Assembly (NCBI GenBank): GCA_024682215.1
Contig: JAIKZM010000088.1
Location: forward strand, 25,345-89,344
Length of the DNA: 64,000 nt
Direction: 5' to 3'
Source of the DNA: Saccharofermentans sp.
GTDB taxonomy: Bacteria > Bacillota > Clostridia > Saccharofermentanales > Saccharofermentanaceae
Positions 30,597 to 41,166 of the stretch are shown in pieces. The notes beneath the pieces were generated by a model. That model worked only from the letters and a program-made list of their open reading frames with translations, was not told the origin of the DNA and searched no databases. A program made the translations under genes and the position numbers. How positions within the stretch are numbered: position 1 is the stretch's first letter; every line of letters begins with the position of its first letter.

Positions 30597-31640
30597 TTAA
30601 TCGTCGATCTGTTCAAGTACGCGCAGATCAGACTCAAACAGGAGCTTGATGTTGTTGATGCCGTACTTGAGCATGGCAATACGATCGATACCGATACCGA
30701 AAGCCAGACCGCTGTATTTGTCACTGTCGATCCCGCATCCCTCAAGTACCTTCTTGTTAACAACGCCTGCACCGAGTACTTCGATCCAGCCTGTTCCCTT
30801 ACAGAGCTTGCATCCCTTGCCTCCGCACTGGAAACAGGAAACGTCGACCTCTACTGAAGGCTCCGTGAACGGGAAATATGAAGGACGCAGACGTGTTCTT
30901 GTCTCCTCACCGAAGATCTTCTTAACGAATACGTCGAGCATGCCCTGCAGATCGCAGAGTGTGATGCCCTCATCAACTACAAGGCCTTCCATCTGGGAGA
31001 ACATCGGAGAATGCGTTGCATCGTCATCAGAACGGAAAACCTTACCCGGTGAGATGATCTTGATCGGCGGCTGCTGGGACTCCATAACGTGAACCTGTCC
31101 CGCAGATGTCTGAGTTCTGAGAAGGAACTCGGGACTCAGATAGAACGTATCCTGCATGTCGCGTGACGGATGGTCCTTGGGAATGTTAAGAGCCGTGAAG
31201 TTATAGTGATCCGTCTCGATCTCATTACCCTCATAGACCGAGAAACCCATGGAACCGAAGATGTCCACGATCTGGTTTCTAACCTGGGTATTGGGATGCA
31301 GGTAGCCTTTCTTAAGCTTCTTTGAAGGCAGAGTCACGTCGATGGTCTCAGCTTCGTATCTTGCCTTCTGCTCGGCAGCTTTGAACTGGGCATCCATCGT
31401 ATCGAATTTCTCGGTAGCCCAGTTTCTGATCTCATTGACCATCTTGCCGTAATCGGCCTTAAGCTCCTTCGGGATCTTGCCCATCTCCTTCATGAGAGAG
31501 CCGATCTTACCTTCCTTTGAGTCCATAACGCTCTTTCTATACTCAAAGACGCCCTTGGAACTCTTGATCTCTGTAAGATCTGATTCGATCTTGGCTTTGA
31601 TCTCTGATAACTTTGCGCTTAATTCACTAAGTTCAGCCAT
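30597..31640 (-). CDS. pheS: Phenylalanine-tRNA ligase alpha subunit
   Basis: [49 protein letters not shown] before the ATG at 31640. Confidence 0.97.
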   Translation of the reverse strand: MAELSELSAKLSEIKAKIESDLTEIKSSKGVFEYRKSVMDSKEGKIGSLMKEMGKIPKELKADYGKMVNEIRNWATEKFDTMDAQFKAAEQKARYEAETIDVTLPSKKLKKGYLHPNTQVRNQIVDIFGSMGFSVYEGNEIETDHYNFTALNIPKDHPSRDMQDTFYLSPEFLLRTQTSAGQVHVMESQQPPIKIISPGKVFRSDDDATHSPMFSQMEGLVVDEGITLCDLQGMLDVFVKKIFGEETRTRLRPSYFPFTEPSVEVDVSCFQCGGKGCKLCKGTGWIEVLGAGVVNKKVLEGCGIDSDKYSGLAFGIGIDRIAMLKYGINNIKLLFESDLRVLEQIDD

Positions 31641-31670
31641 GTTGTCCTCCTTGTTCTTCATTGCTGCAAA

Positions 31671-31948
31671 TAAAAAATCCCGCGGCAACTTAACATTGCC
31701 ACGGGACGAAATCGCATTATTACTGCACCTTCGCGGTACCACCCATGTTCGGAAAGCCACTATAACCTTCCGCACTTGTCAGCGCTGTATTGCCGCGCCC
31801 GCATCTGCTTAATCAGCGCGGTAAACGCCGTTTTCGACAGAAGCTCCGGTGTTGAAATTCATCCATATGCCCTTCGTATCGTGCTTTCAGCCGGTGACAC
31901 GACTCTCTTTTACGGAAGCATAAAGACTACTTACGCACCTTCATCGCA
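31671..31948 (-). ncRNA. T-box riboswitch (Phe) leader of pheST
   Basis: Minus strand AGAGA and GCTGA boxes, specifier GAA-T-TTC-A (Phe), T-box TGGGTGGTACCGCG, antiterminator TTCGTCCC, terminator CCCGTGGCAA...TTGCCGCGGG-ATTTTTT. Confidence 0.92.
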
Positions 31949-31991
31949 TTGCCCATTGTACATATATGAATGCTAAAAAGTCAAGCAAGCC

Positions 31992-32603
31992 CTAATTTAC
32001 AAAGAAAGGATTGTATCTGACCTCATTCCCGACTGTGGAATCAGGGCCGTGTCCGGGATAGATATGCATTTCAGGCGGAAAAGTACTTATGAGCGCAACG
32101 GAACGCTTTAAGAGCTCAAAAGATCCGCCGGGCATGTCGGTACGGCCAACGGATCCCTCAAAGACCGTATCGCCGGTAAACAGATGATCGGTGCCGTTTT
32201 CCGAAAACAGATAACAGACGGAACCCATCGTATGGCCAGGAGTAGGTATCACCTTTACGCTGACACACCCGAATTCAAGGTTTTCTCCGGGGTCTTCATA
32301 AGGAAAATCAAAAAGTTTGACAATACCATCCATAAACGAGCAGTTGGCCCGTGCGTCAGCGATCAGGGCGGCGTCCCCGGAACTCATATAGATCGGGGCA
32401 TCCGGGAATCTTTGATGCCATTTTTCAACGTATTTTATGTGATCGTAGTGACCATGAGTAATGAGGAATGCCGTAACCTGAGGGATCTCCCTGTCCAGCG
32501 TATCGGGATCGACGGAAGGATCAATAACAAAAAGATCATTGTCAAAATATGCCAAATACATATTTGACATAAACGGTCCCCTTGGGATGCAGATGATATT
32601 CAT
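31992..32603 (-). CDS. MBL-fold metallo-hydrolase (glyoxalase II-like)
   Basis: THGHYDH, TPGHT, FTGD, GRTDMPGG, YPGHG. Confidence 0.9.
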   Translation of the reverse strand: MNIICIPRGPFMSNMYLAYFDNDLFVIDPSVDPDTLDREIPQVTAFLITHGHYDHIKYVEKWHQRFPDAPIYMSSGDAALIADARANCSFMDGIVKLFDFPYEDPGENLEFGCVSVKVIPTPGHTMGSVCYLFSENGTDHLFTGDTVFEGSVGRTDMPGGSFELLKRSVALISTFPPEMHIYPGHGPDSTVGNEVRYNPFFVN

Positions 32604-32610
32604 GGAAAGA

Positions 32611-33027
32611 TCAGGCGCCGGTCCCCTGCCTGTCGGCTGCATTCCACTCACGGTAATCGAGAGCGCCGTTATCGATAGCCGTGATCAGGATCTCGGCTGA
32701 AGCGATGTTTGTGGCGTAAGGAATGATGTTCTGGTCACATACGTCAAGGAGTTCCGCAGGATTGGATTCACTCTTGGTCCTGCCGTCTCTCAGATAAATG
32801 ACACAGTCGATGCCGTTGAACTCGGCTCTGGATGCCAGCTGCTCAAAACCGCTCGAATAATCTACCGAAAGACCTGAAACATCAAGATCTGCGGAAGATT
32901 TAAGAAGTTTGGCGGTGTTATAGACTGAGATAAGCTGGTGCTTCTCTAAAAGAGGTTTATAGGCAATGCAGAAGTTAACAAGAAGCTCTGTCTTCCTGTT
33001 GTCAGCCATCAAAACGATCTTCATCAA
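32611..33027 (-). CDS. mgsA: Methylglyoxal synthase-like protein with degenerate active site
   Basis: NFCIAYK, IYLRD, CDQNIIPYATNIASAEIL and LDYRE match clostridial MgsA, but several catalytic motifs are altered. Confidence 0.75.
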   Translation of the reverse strand: MMKIVLMADNRKTELLVNFCIAYKPLLEKHQLISVYNTAKLLKSSADLDVSGLSVDYSSGFEQLASRAEFNGIDCVIYLRDGRTKSESNPAELLDVCDQNIIPYATNIASAEILITAIDNGALDYREWNAADRQGTGA

Positions 33028-33143
33028 AAAGCCCCCATTAAAGATTCTGCCTGAATTTTATCGTATTATCACTACTCGGACAATTTCCCTTTGATACAAA
33101 ACTGCGGCAAAAAAACTGTCTTTATGTCAATTACACATGACTG

Positions 33144-35453
33144 TCAGGCAAGGTGATCTCCCGGTACGGGGTTGTTTTCATAGATCGGCAGCGTATTGGA
33201 GACGACCTTGTTATAATATGCCGCTATAAGCCTTCTTGCGATGATGGTCGTGGATGAACCCCACTCACCTCTTTCAACAACGAGCGCTACGGCGATCTCA
33301 GGCTTCTCTTTAGGTGCATAGCAGACGAAAAGACCGTTTGAATACTCTTTTCTGATCTTCTCGAAACCCGTCTCAGCCGTACCCGTCTTACAGACAACCT
33401 CTATCGGGAATCCCGAAAACTGCTTTTGAGCCGTTCCTCTCCAGTATTTTGAACCTTCGGTAACACATGTCATCGCATCTCTGACTGCCTGGATGTTTTC
33501 CTCGGGAATGCCTATGTCGACTGACTCGGCTTGGCCTTTATAGAGAACGGAACCGTCACTTGCTATTACTGAATCAATAATATAAGGCTTAACAAGCTTG
33601 TTTGTGGCGATTCCCGCAACATATCTGCAGAGCTGAAGGATCGTAAAGCAGTTATCGAACTGTCCGATGGATACCTGAGCGGTATTCGAAGGGAACCAGA
33701 TCTTATCGTATTCGGATTCATGCAGGAGTCTCTTAGTTTCACGGCTGGACATAACACCTTTGATCTCACCGGGAAGATCGATACCCGTCTTGACGCCGAG
33801 GCCGAATCTCTTGGCCATGTTGGAGATATTGTCGATACCCGTGCTGACGCCGAGTCGCATGAAATAGATATTGCAAGACGTACCCATGGCACTGTCGAGG
33901 TTAAGAGGACCGTGACCGCCGTAGGGATACTCGAGGCAACGGAATATCCATCCGTCGACGTCCAGCGGCGAAATGCAGGAGATCCAGTTGGATTCCGTGG
34001 TAATCGTTCCGCTCTCAAGACCTGCAAGCGCCGTGATGGGCTTAAATGTTGAACCGGGAGCATACATGGACATGATGGCACGGTTCCAAAGAGGAAGGTC
34101 GGCAGCAGTCATTTCCGCGTACTCATCAATGCCGAGATAGTATTTGACCTGCTCGGCAGCCTGTGGATCGCCATAGTTTGCGAGGATGAAATCGTTAGGA
34201 TCGTAGTTGGGATATGAACCCATGGCAAGAACAGCACCTGTCTTGACGTTCATAACGACGAAAGCACCTGAACTTGCCGTCTTGAAGCCCGTATGCTTTA
34301 TCGCTTCCTGTCTCTGAGCATCGGTGATATAAGCTTTAAGAGCATCTGTTCCGACTTTCTGAAGATTTGAATCGATCGTAAGCTTTACCGTGGCTCCGGC
34401 TTTTGCTTTAACGCCGTAGCTCGAAGGGACAAAGATCCCCTCCTGCCCTTTTTTCGTCCATATGTTATAAGGCGTTATGCCGCTGTCACCATGAAGATAA
34501 CGCTCCATCTGCGATTCAACACCTGATTTTCCGACCATGTCTTCATTCGTATAACCGAACTTCGAAAGATCCTGGAAAGTGGTCTGGGATATCTGACCTA
34601 CATAACCCAGCACGTGGCATGAATAAAGCGCTTCAGGAGAATATGTCCTTGCATAGCCCTTGCTGCAGACTATGCCCATATAGTGGTAATTCTCTTCTGA
34701 AAAGATCTTGATAAGGTCTTCGGGAACGTCCTGGGCGATCTTGATAGGCGTACCTTTGATAAAAGCCCAGTTATCGGTAAAGATCTGATATCTGATCCTT
34801 ATGATCTTATAAGCTTCCTCGATCGTATATCTGTTATCGAGGTTGAATTTCTGTCTCAGATAAAGGAAGAATACATTCGGGTCAGTCTTAACATACTTGT
34901 CCGAATAAGTAACGATAACGCCCTGAGCATAGTCTTCGAGGGCAAAGAGGTTGGAATTGCTCTGCCAGGCCCTGATCTTCTCCTCTTCCTTCAAGAATGC
35001 AGGATTCGGATTCATCGTGAAATACTGGTCAAGTTCCGAAATGGATATGCAGTGGTACTTGTCGAAAAGCTTCGAAAGCTCAAGACACAGTTCATTAAGC
35101 TCACTGTCGCTCAGATAGGCGTTAGCTATCATGACAGTGTTGTACTCGATGGAAGACGCGAGTTTCAATCCCTTGCTGTCAAGAATATCCCCTCTTGGAG
35201 CTTCCGAAACAAACTGTCTCAGAACACCAGTCGAACTTTCAGACATGGTCTTCTGATAATCGGAAAACTGGAGCTGGGCAGTCATAAAGAGGATCACGAC
35301 TCCAAAAGAACTGAAGATCACGGCAAGAACGAGAAAACGGTTGCTGAATAACGACATCAGCCTCTTAAAGAAGCCGTTCTTTTCGTTATTTCCGCCGTTG
35401 TCCGAATTCCGGTCAAACGCGCCGTAATCATCTATCTTCAGATCTGTAGCCAT
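33144..35453 (-). CDS. mrdA: Penicillin-binding protein 2 (class B)
   Basis: APRGDILD, PGSTFK (SxxK), SCN (SxN), KTGTAE; follows mreD. Confidence 0.9.
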   Translation of the reverse strand: MATDLKIDDYGAFDRNSDNGGNNEKNGFFKRLMSLFSNRFLVLAVIFSSFGVVILFMTAQLQFSDYQKTMSESSTGVLRQFVSEAPRGDILDSKGLKLASSIEYNTVMIANAYLSDSELNELCLELSKLFDKYHCISISELDQYFTMNPNPAFLKEEEKIRAWQSNSNLFALEDYAQGVIVTYSDKYVKTDPNVFFLYLRQKFNLDNRYTIEEAYKIIRIRYQIFTDNWAFIKGTPIKIAQDVPEDLIKIFSEENYHYMGIVCSKGYARTYSPEALYSCHVLGYVGQISQTTFQDLSKFGYTNEDMVGKSGVESQMERYLHGDSGITPYNIWTKKGQEGIFVPSSYGVKAKAGATVKLTIDSNLQKVGTDALKAYITDAQRQEAIKHTGFKTASSGAFVVMNVKTGAVLAMGSYPNYDPNDFILANYGDPQAAEQVKYYLGIDEYAEMTAADLPLWNRAIMSMYAPGSTFKPITALAGLESGTITTESNWISCISPLDVDGWIFRCLEYPYGGHGPLNLDSAMGTSCNIYFMRLGVSTGIDNISNMAKRFGLGVKTGIDLPGEIKGVMSSRETKRLLHESEYDKIWFPSNTAQVSIGQFDNCFTILQLCRYVAGIATNKLVKPYIIDSVIASDGSVLYKGQAESVDIGIPEENIQAVRDAMTCVTEGSKYWRGTAQKQFSGFPIEVVCKTGTAETGFEKIRKEYSNGLFVCYAPKEKPEIAVALVVERGEWGSSTTIIARRLIAAYYNKVVSNTLPIYENNPVPGDHLA

Positions 35454-36064
35454 GAAGTATCCTCATTACTCTTGATCACATCGTCGGCAGTTCTCTTCTG
35501 TTCCGACATGGAAACGGGGCCGGCAAACCTCCAAAGGAGAATCAGCGGAATACCCGCAATAAGATTAAGCAATGTCTGCAAAAGGCATGATCTCACTACG
35601 ATCTCATAAAAGCCAAGATCATAACCACCGGCCAGACGGAAGATTACCGTCCAGCTGTACGCAAGAAAATGTCCGCCTAACTTGTAGACCAATGTGCAGA
35701 AAGCGATCGATACAAAAGCAAACGGGATGTTCTTGTGCATTCTTTTGGTAAAGAATGCAGACGACAAAACACCCGTAAGGAAAAGGACAAGCATTCCGAT
35801 GCCAGCCGTGATATGTACATTTCCATCTAAGCCGACAATGGCAATAGGCGCAAGACAATCTCTTACAAGGCCCATTATCAGCCCGACAACCGCTCCGTCA
35901 GTAAATCCGTTGAAATATCCGGTCAGTACGACAAAAACAAAAGCCAGATCGGCTGTCTGACCGCCAAAACCGAGACGGTTCGGATAAGACACCTGCAATG
36001 ACGATAAGAGCAGGATATAAACGGCATAAACAACGATCTTTCTGATCAGCTTACGGCGATCCAT
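35438..36064 (-). CDS. mreD: Rod shape-determining protein MreD
   Basis: Multi-TM protein with GAVVGLIMGLVRD, located between mreC and pbp2. Confidence 0.8.
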   Translation of the reverse strand: MDRRKLIRKIVVYAVYILLLSSLQVSYPNRLGFGGQTADLAFVFVVLTGYFNGFTDGAVVGLIMGLVRDCLAPIAIVGLDGNVHITAGIGMLVLFLTGVLSSAFFTKRMHKNIPFAFVSIAFCTLVYKLGGHFLAYSWTVIFRLAGGYDLGFYEIVVRSCLLQTLLNLIAGIPLILLWRFAGPVSMSEQKRTADDVIKSNEDTSWLQI

Positions 36065-36978
36065 CAGCCCTGCCCGCCTTGAACCGGTGCAGCAGATGTT
36101 TCCGAAGTTTCGGGAACTCCTTCCTTCTTATCATCCGCATTGAAAGGGATCATTACGAATACATCCTCAAGTTCTCCAATGCTGGAGAAAGGTCTGAGCG
36201 TTGCAGTGACTTCCGTCGGATTTGAATAATCAACTGACACGATAGTGCCGATCGGGATACCGTCAGGGAAAAGTCCGCCTTCACCCGAAGTAACGATTAC
36301 GGTTCCGGGTTCAAGCTTAACTGCTTTACCGAAAGCTTTTACCCTGCAAAGCCCGGTTTTCTTAAGGACAGCGTCACCGCTGACAATAACTGAAGCACCG
36401 TTGACCTCATTGACCTTGCCTGATGCCGAGAAACCCTCGTGCAGGAGCGGCAAGACCATGGAGTTGGAGCCCTGAGTCTCGATAACACGGCCGACAAGGT
36501 TCATCTCCGTGTCTACGACCGGATAAGACTGGCCCTGCTCAAGTACAATGCCTTCGTTCTTGCCCGCGTTGATCCTGATTACCGAGAACCATTCATCTGC
36601 TTCTCTCGAAAGGATAGACGCACCGTAGATATCGTAATTGCTGAAAGTATCCCTGATATGGAAGGCATTCTTAAGCTCTTCGTATCTGATCGCGGCTTCT
36701 TCATACTGGTTGAGCCTGTATTTGAGGTCGGCGATCTCTTCTTTCAGTGTCTTATTCTCTTCCCTGATCGCAATTCCGTCCGCAATGGCGGCCCAGAAGT
36801 CAGAGAAAGCATTGCCTGTTGCTTTTACACCTTTCTGCGCAGGCGAAACGGCATTTGAAGAAAGACCTACGACAGCTTTAAGCGGACTCCCCGGAAGGAA
36901 GCTCAGAACGATACCAGCAATTAATAGCAAAGATACCGCAAGAACAATAAACCACTTTGCTGTCAGCAGTTTCTTCAA
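36064..36978 (-). CDS. mreC: Rod shape-determining protein MreC
   Basis: TM helix, coiled coil (EENKTLKEE), INAGKNEG, LVGRV, TSGEGGLFPDGIPIG. Confidence 0.93.
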   Translation of the reverse strand: MKKLLTAKWFIVLAVSLLLIAGIVLSFLPGSPLKAVVGLSSNAVSPAQKGVKATGNAFSDFWAAIADGIAIREENKTLKEEIADLKYRLNQYEEAAIRYEELKNAFHIRDTFSNYDIYGASILSREADEWFSVIRINAGKNEGIVLEQGQSYPVVDTEMNLVGRVIETQGSNSMVLPLLHEGFSASGKVNEVNGASVIVSGDAVLKKTGLCRVKAFGKAVKLEPGTVIVTSGEGGLFPDGIPIGTIVSVDYSNPTEVTATLRPFSSIGELEDVFVMIPFNADDKKEGVPETSETSAAPVQGGQG

Positions 36979-36995
36979 AGCACCTTCACCTTACT

Positions 36996-37520
36996 TTAAG
37001 CCTTTTTACCGCAGCAGTTCTTGTACTTCTTGCCGGAACCGCAAGGGCACGGATCGTTTCTGCCGATCTTGTCAGAGTGAGCAATGTTGGCAACACGGTA
37101 ATCGTGTGTGATCTCCTTCATTCTCTCTTCTGTGAGAACGTTCTTCCATGCGGGAATGTTGTAAAGCCAGTCAGCCTTTGCATCGTGCATGTTGTAGTAA
37201 AGCTTCTCGTAGTCGATGTCGAGGCTGATCTCAGTCTCATCAACGATTGCTTCAAGATCAAGAGCATCGCCGTTCTTAAGGCTGGACTTGATTCCGTCAA
37301 GGAAACCTACGAAGATCTCCATGTTGGAAGCGTTAAAGCCGAACTTTCTTGAAAGGGCAAGAACCTGACCGTTGAGGAAATCAGCGTTGTCGGGATATGC
37401 TCCGAGGATCTTCTCATAGCAGCCCTTCTCAAGCTGGTAATAACGGTTTACATATTCGATGTATTCCTGTTCGTTGGAATTGTTCTCAGACTTCTCGATC
37501 CATGTTGTATAGTAACTCAT
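36996..37520 (-). CDS. SEC-C metal-binding domain protein
   Basis: VGFLDGI...[14 protein letters not shown]...[19 protein letters not shown]. Confidence 0.88.
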   Translation of the reverse strand: MSYYTTWIEKSENNSNEQEYIEYVNRYYQLEKGCYEKILGAYPDNADFLNGQVLALSRKFGFNASNMEIFVGFLDGIKSSLKNGDALDLEAIVDETEISLDIDYEKLYYNMHDAKADWLYNIPAWKNVLTEERMKEITHDYRVANIAHSDKIGRNDPCPCGSGKKYKNCCGKKA

Positions 37521-37540
37521 TTATATATCCTCCTAATGGA

Positions 37541-38737
37541 TTACAGATTTGCAGCAACTGCTTTAAGGAAATCAGCAGTATTAACAACCTTTTTGTCCGG
37601 ATGGTCGAGAAGGCTGTTGAGATCTCCGGTAATTATACCCGATTCTATTGTGGAAACGGCACTCTTTTCAAGTCTTGCCGCAAAATTCTCCAAGTCGGAA
37701 AGGCCGTCCATCTGGGCGCGCTTCCTGAGTGCTCCGGACCATGCGAAGAGCGTAGCCATCGGGTTGGTCGATGTCTGCTCACCCTTGAGGTATCTGTAGT
37801 AGTGCCTTGTAACGGTACCGTGAGCGGCCTCGAACTCGTAAACGCCTTCAGGTGAAACGAGTACGGATGTCATCATGGCAAGTGAACCGCATGCAGAAGC
37901 AAGCATGTCGCTCATTACGTCACCATCGTAGTTCTTGCATGCCCAGACAAAGCCGCCGTTAGAACGCATAACTCTTGCAACTGCGTCATCGATGAGCGTG
38001 TAGAAATATGTAATGCCTGATTCGGCAAACTTTGCTTCGTATTCTTCCTTGTAGATCTTCTCGAAGATGTCCTTGAAACGTCTGTCATAAACCTTTGAGA
38101 TGGTATCCTTGGTTGCAAACCAGAGGTCCTGCTTGGTATCGAGAGAATACTGGAAGCATGACTTTGCGAAAGCCGCGATGGACTTATCTGTGTTGTACTG
38201 GCCCTGGAGGACACCGCCGCCTGTATATTCGAAAACAGTCTGCTTTTCCTGTCTTCCGTCAGGATATGTGACGACAAGATCCGCTCTTGCAGGTCCGTCT
38301 ACCAGGAATTCCGTGTTTCTGTAAACATCGCCGTAAGCGTGACGTGCAATCGTGATAGGCTTTTCCCAGCAAGAGACAAAAGGCTTGATCCCGTTTACGA
38401 GGATCGGGCTTCTGAAAACAGTACCGTCAAGGATCGCCCTGATCGTACCGTTGGGGCTCTTCCACATCTGGTGAAGATTATATTCGGTCATTCTCTGCGC
38501 ATTAGGAGTAATGGTTGCGCACTTTACTGCAACGCCAAGCTCTTTGGTCCTGTTTGCGGCATCAATGGTTACCTGATCCTCTGTCTTGTCCCTGTTGGGA
38601 AGTCCCAGGTCAAAGTACTCGCTCTTGAGGTCAACAAACGGAAGGATGACAATGTCTTTAATTTCTTTCCAGATTATCCTTGTCATCTCATCGCCGTCCA
38701 TCTCGACGATAGGTGTCTTCATCTCGATCTTACTCAT
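37541..38737 (-). CDS. icd: NADP-dependent isocitrate dehydrogenase
   Basis: MDGDEMTR, KCATITP, WKSPNGTIR, NYDGDVMSD, EAAHGTVTRH. Confidence 0.97.
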   Translation of the reverse strand: MSKIEMKTPIVEMDGDEMTRIIWKEIKDIVILPFVDLKSEYFDLGLPNRDKTEDQVTIDAANRTKELGVAVKCATITPNAQRMTEYNLHQMWKSPNGTIRAILDGTVFRSPILVNGIKPFVSCWEKPITIARHAYGDVYRNTEFLVDGPARADLVVTYPDGRQEKQTVFEYTGGGVLQGQYNTDKSIAAFAKSCFQYSLDTKQDLWFATKDTISKVYDRRFKDIFEKIYKEEYEAKFAESGITYFYTLIDDAVARVMRSNGGFVWACKNYDGDVMSDMLASACGSLAMMTSVLVSPEGVYEFEAAHGTVTRHYYRYLKGEQTSTNPMATLFAWSGALRKRAQMDGLSDLENFAARLEKSAVSTIESGIITGDLNSLLDHPDKKVVNTADFLKAVAANL

Positions 38738-38803
38738 ATATTTCTCCTTGATTAATAAAGTCCAATATGCGATTTTAAGTCTTTAATTTAAATGCGTCAA
38801 TTG

Positions 38804-39841
38804 TTACCTGTCCCCTGTCGCGGCTTTTACCAGTATTATCTCCAAAGCGTACCGCTCATCGATCAGTCCGTGCTTGACGTCCGAATCCGAAGCACAGGCC
38901 GCCAGATAGGTCTGTATAAGGCGCGGCATGGTAAAGCTTGAGGCCTGTCTTATAAGCTTCCCGGCATAGAATTCGTTCATTCCCGCCTCAGCTACCAGAG
39001 TTTTTGCATTTCCAGCCTCTTTTGCCATTATCAGGCGCTTGAGGTGATTTAAGACCTGGACCCTTATCTGTATAAGGGGTTCTCTGACCGCTATGAGATT
39101 GTTCAGCGTACCCAAAGCCTTGGCAGGGTTCTGGCTTCCGCAGGCATCCATAATGTCAAAGATCCTGCCGCTGAGGTCAGGAGGACAGCATTCTTCGATG
39201 ATCTCTTCGGTTACCCTGCCGGTTCCGGAATTCTGGCAGTACAGGGCGATCTTTGCGACTTCCCCCGATATTGCAAGCATTTCAGATCCGCACCTTGAAA
39301 TCAGTGACATCACTGCTCTTCCGTCGATCGAAAGATTGTATTTGGCAAACATCCTCGTGACCCTGGAAGATATGTCGTCTTCCTCCATGGTACCCATTGA
39401 AACCACTGTGCCGTTCTGTACAAAGGCTTTGAATACTTTTCTCTTGGCATCGGCCTCATCCTCGACGAAGATAACGACTGAAGATGACGGGATGTTCTTC
39501 AGCATCTCAAGATCCTTATCGGAGACTTCTTTTCCGGTAATGCCCGACTGTCTTATTATCACAAGACGCCTGTCGGACATCATGGGAGGCATTGAGACCA
39601 TCTCGTCGAGCCTGTCAAAGCTGAACTGGTCGTCACTTCTCGTATCGATAACGCTGAAATCAATACTTTCAGCGCCTTCAGTTACATATTTCTTTTTGGC
39701 CGTCTTCAAAGCGCCGTCGATCAGGTACTGTTCCTGTCCGTAGATCAGGATCAGTCCCAGAGAATCCGGGTGATTCAGGAGCTTGTCGAAAAACTCCTTG
39801 TATCCGATGACACCCTTGGGAAGCGATTTGGCTTTAGCCAT
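38804..39841 (-). CDS. holA: DNA polymerase III delta subunit
   Basis: LIYGQEQYL, PMMSDRRLV, IFDIMDA, DSDVKHG. SD AGGAGG before the ATG at 39841. Confidence 0.88.
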   Translation of the reverse strand: MAKAKSLPKGVIGYKEFFDKLLNHPDSLGLILIYGQEQYLIDGALKTAKKKYVTEGAESIDFSVIDTRSDDQFSFDRLDEMVSMPPMMSDRRLVIIRQSGITGKEVSDKDLEMLKNIPSSSVVIFVEDEADAKRKVFKAFVQNGTVVSMGTMEEDDISSRVTRMFAKYNLSIDGRAVMSLISRCGSEMLAISGEVAKIALYCQNSGTGRVTEEIIEECCPPDLSGRIFDIMDACGSQNPAKALGTLNNLIAVREPLIQIRVQVLNHLKRLIMAKEAGNAKTLVAEAGMNEFYAGKLIRQASSFTMPRLIQTYLAACASDSDVKHGLIDERYALEIILVKAATGDR

Positions 39842-41060
39842 TGGATTTCTCCTCCTTCTTGGCTTCAACGGTCCTTCCATCGGGATAATAGACATTTACG
39901 TCAACATTGCCGTTGATGCCGGAGATCCTCCCGGAAGCGCTGAACTGCCAGAAATGGAACGTTCCGACATAAGAAGGCTGTGTTTTCCAGTCGGCGAGCC
40001 AGATCTTATATCTTCCGGGTCTGAACCAGTTCCTCAAAAAGTATGGATTTGCATAGATCATGGCCTCATATCCGTAGTTCTCCATCTCAGAACAGAACAG
40101 ATAGAACATATTGTTAAGATCTGACGAATTCATCTTGAGTTTCTGGAAACCCTTCCACTTCTCAAAATCATAAGCTACGGGGAAATCGATCTCCTTGCCC
40201 TTTAAAGCCTTTGCAAGCTCAGCGCAGTGCTCCTTCATGAGCTTTTCCGTATTATCGACGCTATAGTAATAAACACCGACAAGGAGTCCTGCGGCCTTTG
40301 CCTTCTTGTAGTTCTCCTCGAATTTGGTGTCGATGCCGAACTTCCCGTTATTGTAGATAGCCATACGGATAATGACGAAATGGCAGCCTGCTTCCTTGAC
40401 CTTGGCGAAATCGATATTGCCCTGGTACTTGGAAACATCTATGCCTATGAAGGCGTTACCGGTCTCATACTTGTTCTTGAGATCGGCAAATGTAGTCTTT
40501 TTCTTTGCAGTGGTAGCAGAAGTGCTGCTCTTGGAAGAGGAAGTTGCAGGCTTCTTGGTGGGAGTAGGCTTCTTTACATAGACCTTTACGGTGACATCGA
40601 TGGTCTTGCTGTTTCCGGCATCGTCTGTGATCGTCATCTGGATCGGATAATCGCCTGCAGTATTGACGTCTACTTCACCCGTAACCTTGAGTTCGATGTC
40701 TCTGTCCGTATCATCTATGTAGCCGACATAATCATCGGGTACGAATTCCTTGCCCTTGGCAAGCTGTATAGTCCTCGGATAACTGATAAAGACAGGAGCT
40801 TCCGTGTCTACTTCAGGCGGTTCCATGTGCATGGATTCGGGAAATGTCTCTTCTGTTGTAGTCTCGGACGAATCAGCGGGAGATGTTTCCGAAACATCAT
40901 CCGAAGTTGATCGAGATGTTGAATCACCTGTCGATGAAACGTACTGATATTCGTTTGCGTTGAGCATGCAGCCCTGCATCAAAGCAGCGGAAGCCATGCA
41001 CAGGGAAAGCGCAACTGCCTTTATTTTCAAGCTATATTTCATTAATTCTGACTCCGTCAT
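39834..41060 (-). CDS. Lipoprotein with an Ig-like domain and a GH25 muramidase domain
   Basis: Lipobox LMQGC; DTEAPV...GEVDVNTAGDYPI...TDDAGNS Ig-like domain; GIDVSKYQG, VAYDFE, WQFS, VDVN. Confidence 0.88.
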   Translation of the reverse strand: MTESELMKYSLKIKAVALSLCMASAALMQGCMLNANEYQYVSSTGDSTSRSTSDDVSETSPADSSETTTEETFPESMHMEPPEVDTEAPVFISYPRTIQLAKGKEFVPDDYVGYIDDTDRDIELKVTGEVDVNTAGDYPIQMTITDDAGNSKTIDVTVKVYVKKPTPTKKPATSSSKSSTSATTAKKKTTFADLKNKYETGNAFIGIDVSKYQGNIDFAKVKEAGCHFVIIRMAIYNNGKFGIDTKFEENYKKAKAAGLLVGVYYYSVDNTEKLMKEHCAELAKALKGKEIDFPVAYDFEKWKGFQKLKMNSSDLNNMFYLFCSEMENYGYEAMIYANPYFLRNWFRPGRYKIWLADWKTQPSYVGTFHFWQFSASGRISGINGNVDVNVYYPDGRTVEAKKEEKSNG

Positions 41061-41166
41061 AAGTTTATTGACTAATTATAACAAAGATATCTCTTTTAAA
41101 AGTCGGAAATAGTGAGGAATTAAGAAACAATATGGCTTATGTTATACTTCACTTAAGGAGTGTGAC

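Noticed and set aside
31641-31775. N-terminal extension of the pheS ORF in the track
   Set aside because: It overlaps the T-box terminator; the real start is the ATG at 31640 with a strong SD.
36996-37075. DNA similarity to the secA 3' end (about 21720-21790)
   Set aside because: Explained by the shared SEC-C Zn-binding motif, not by a mobile repeat.
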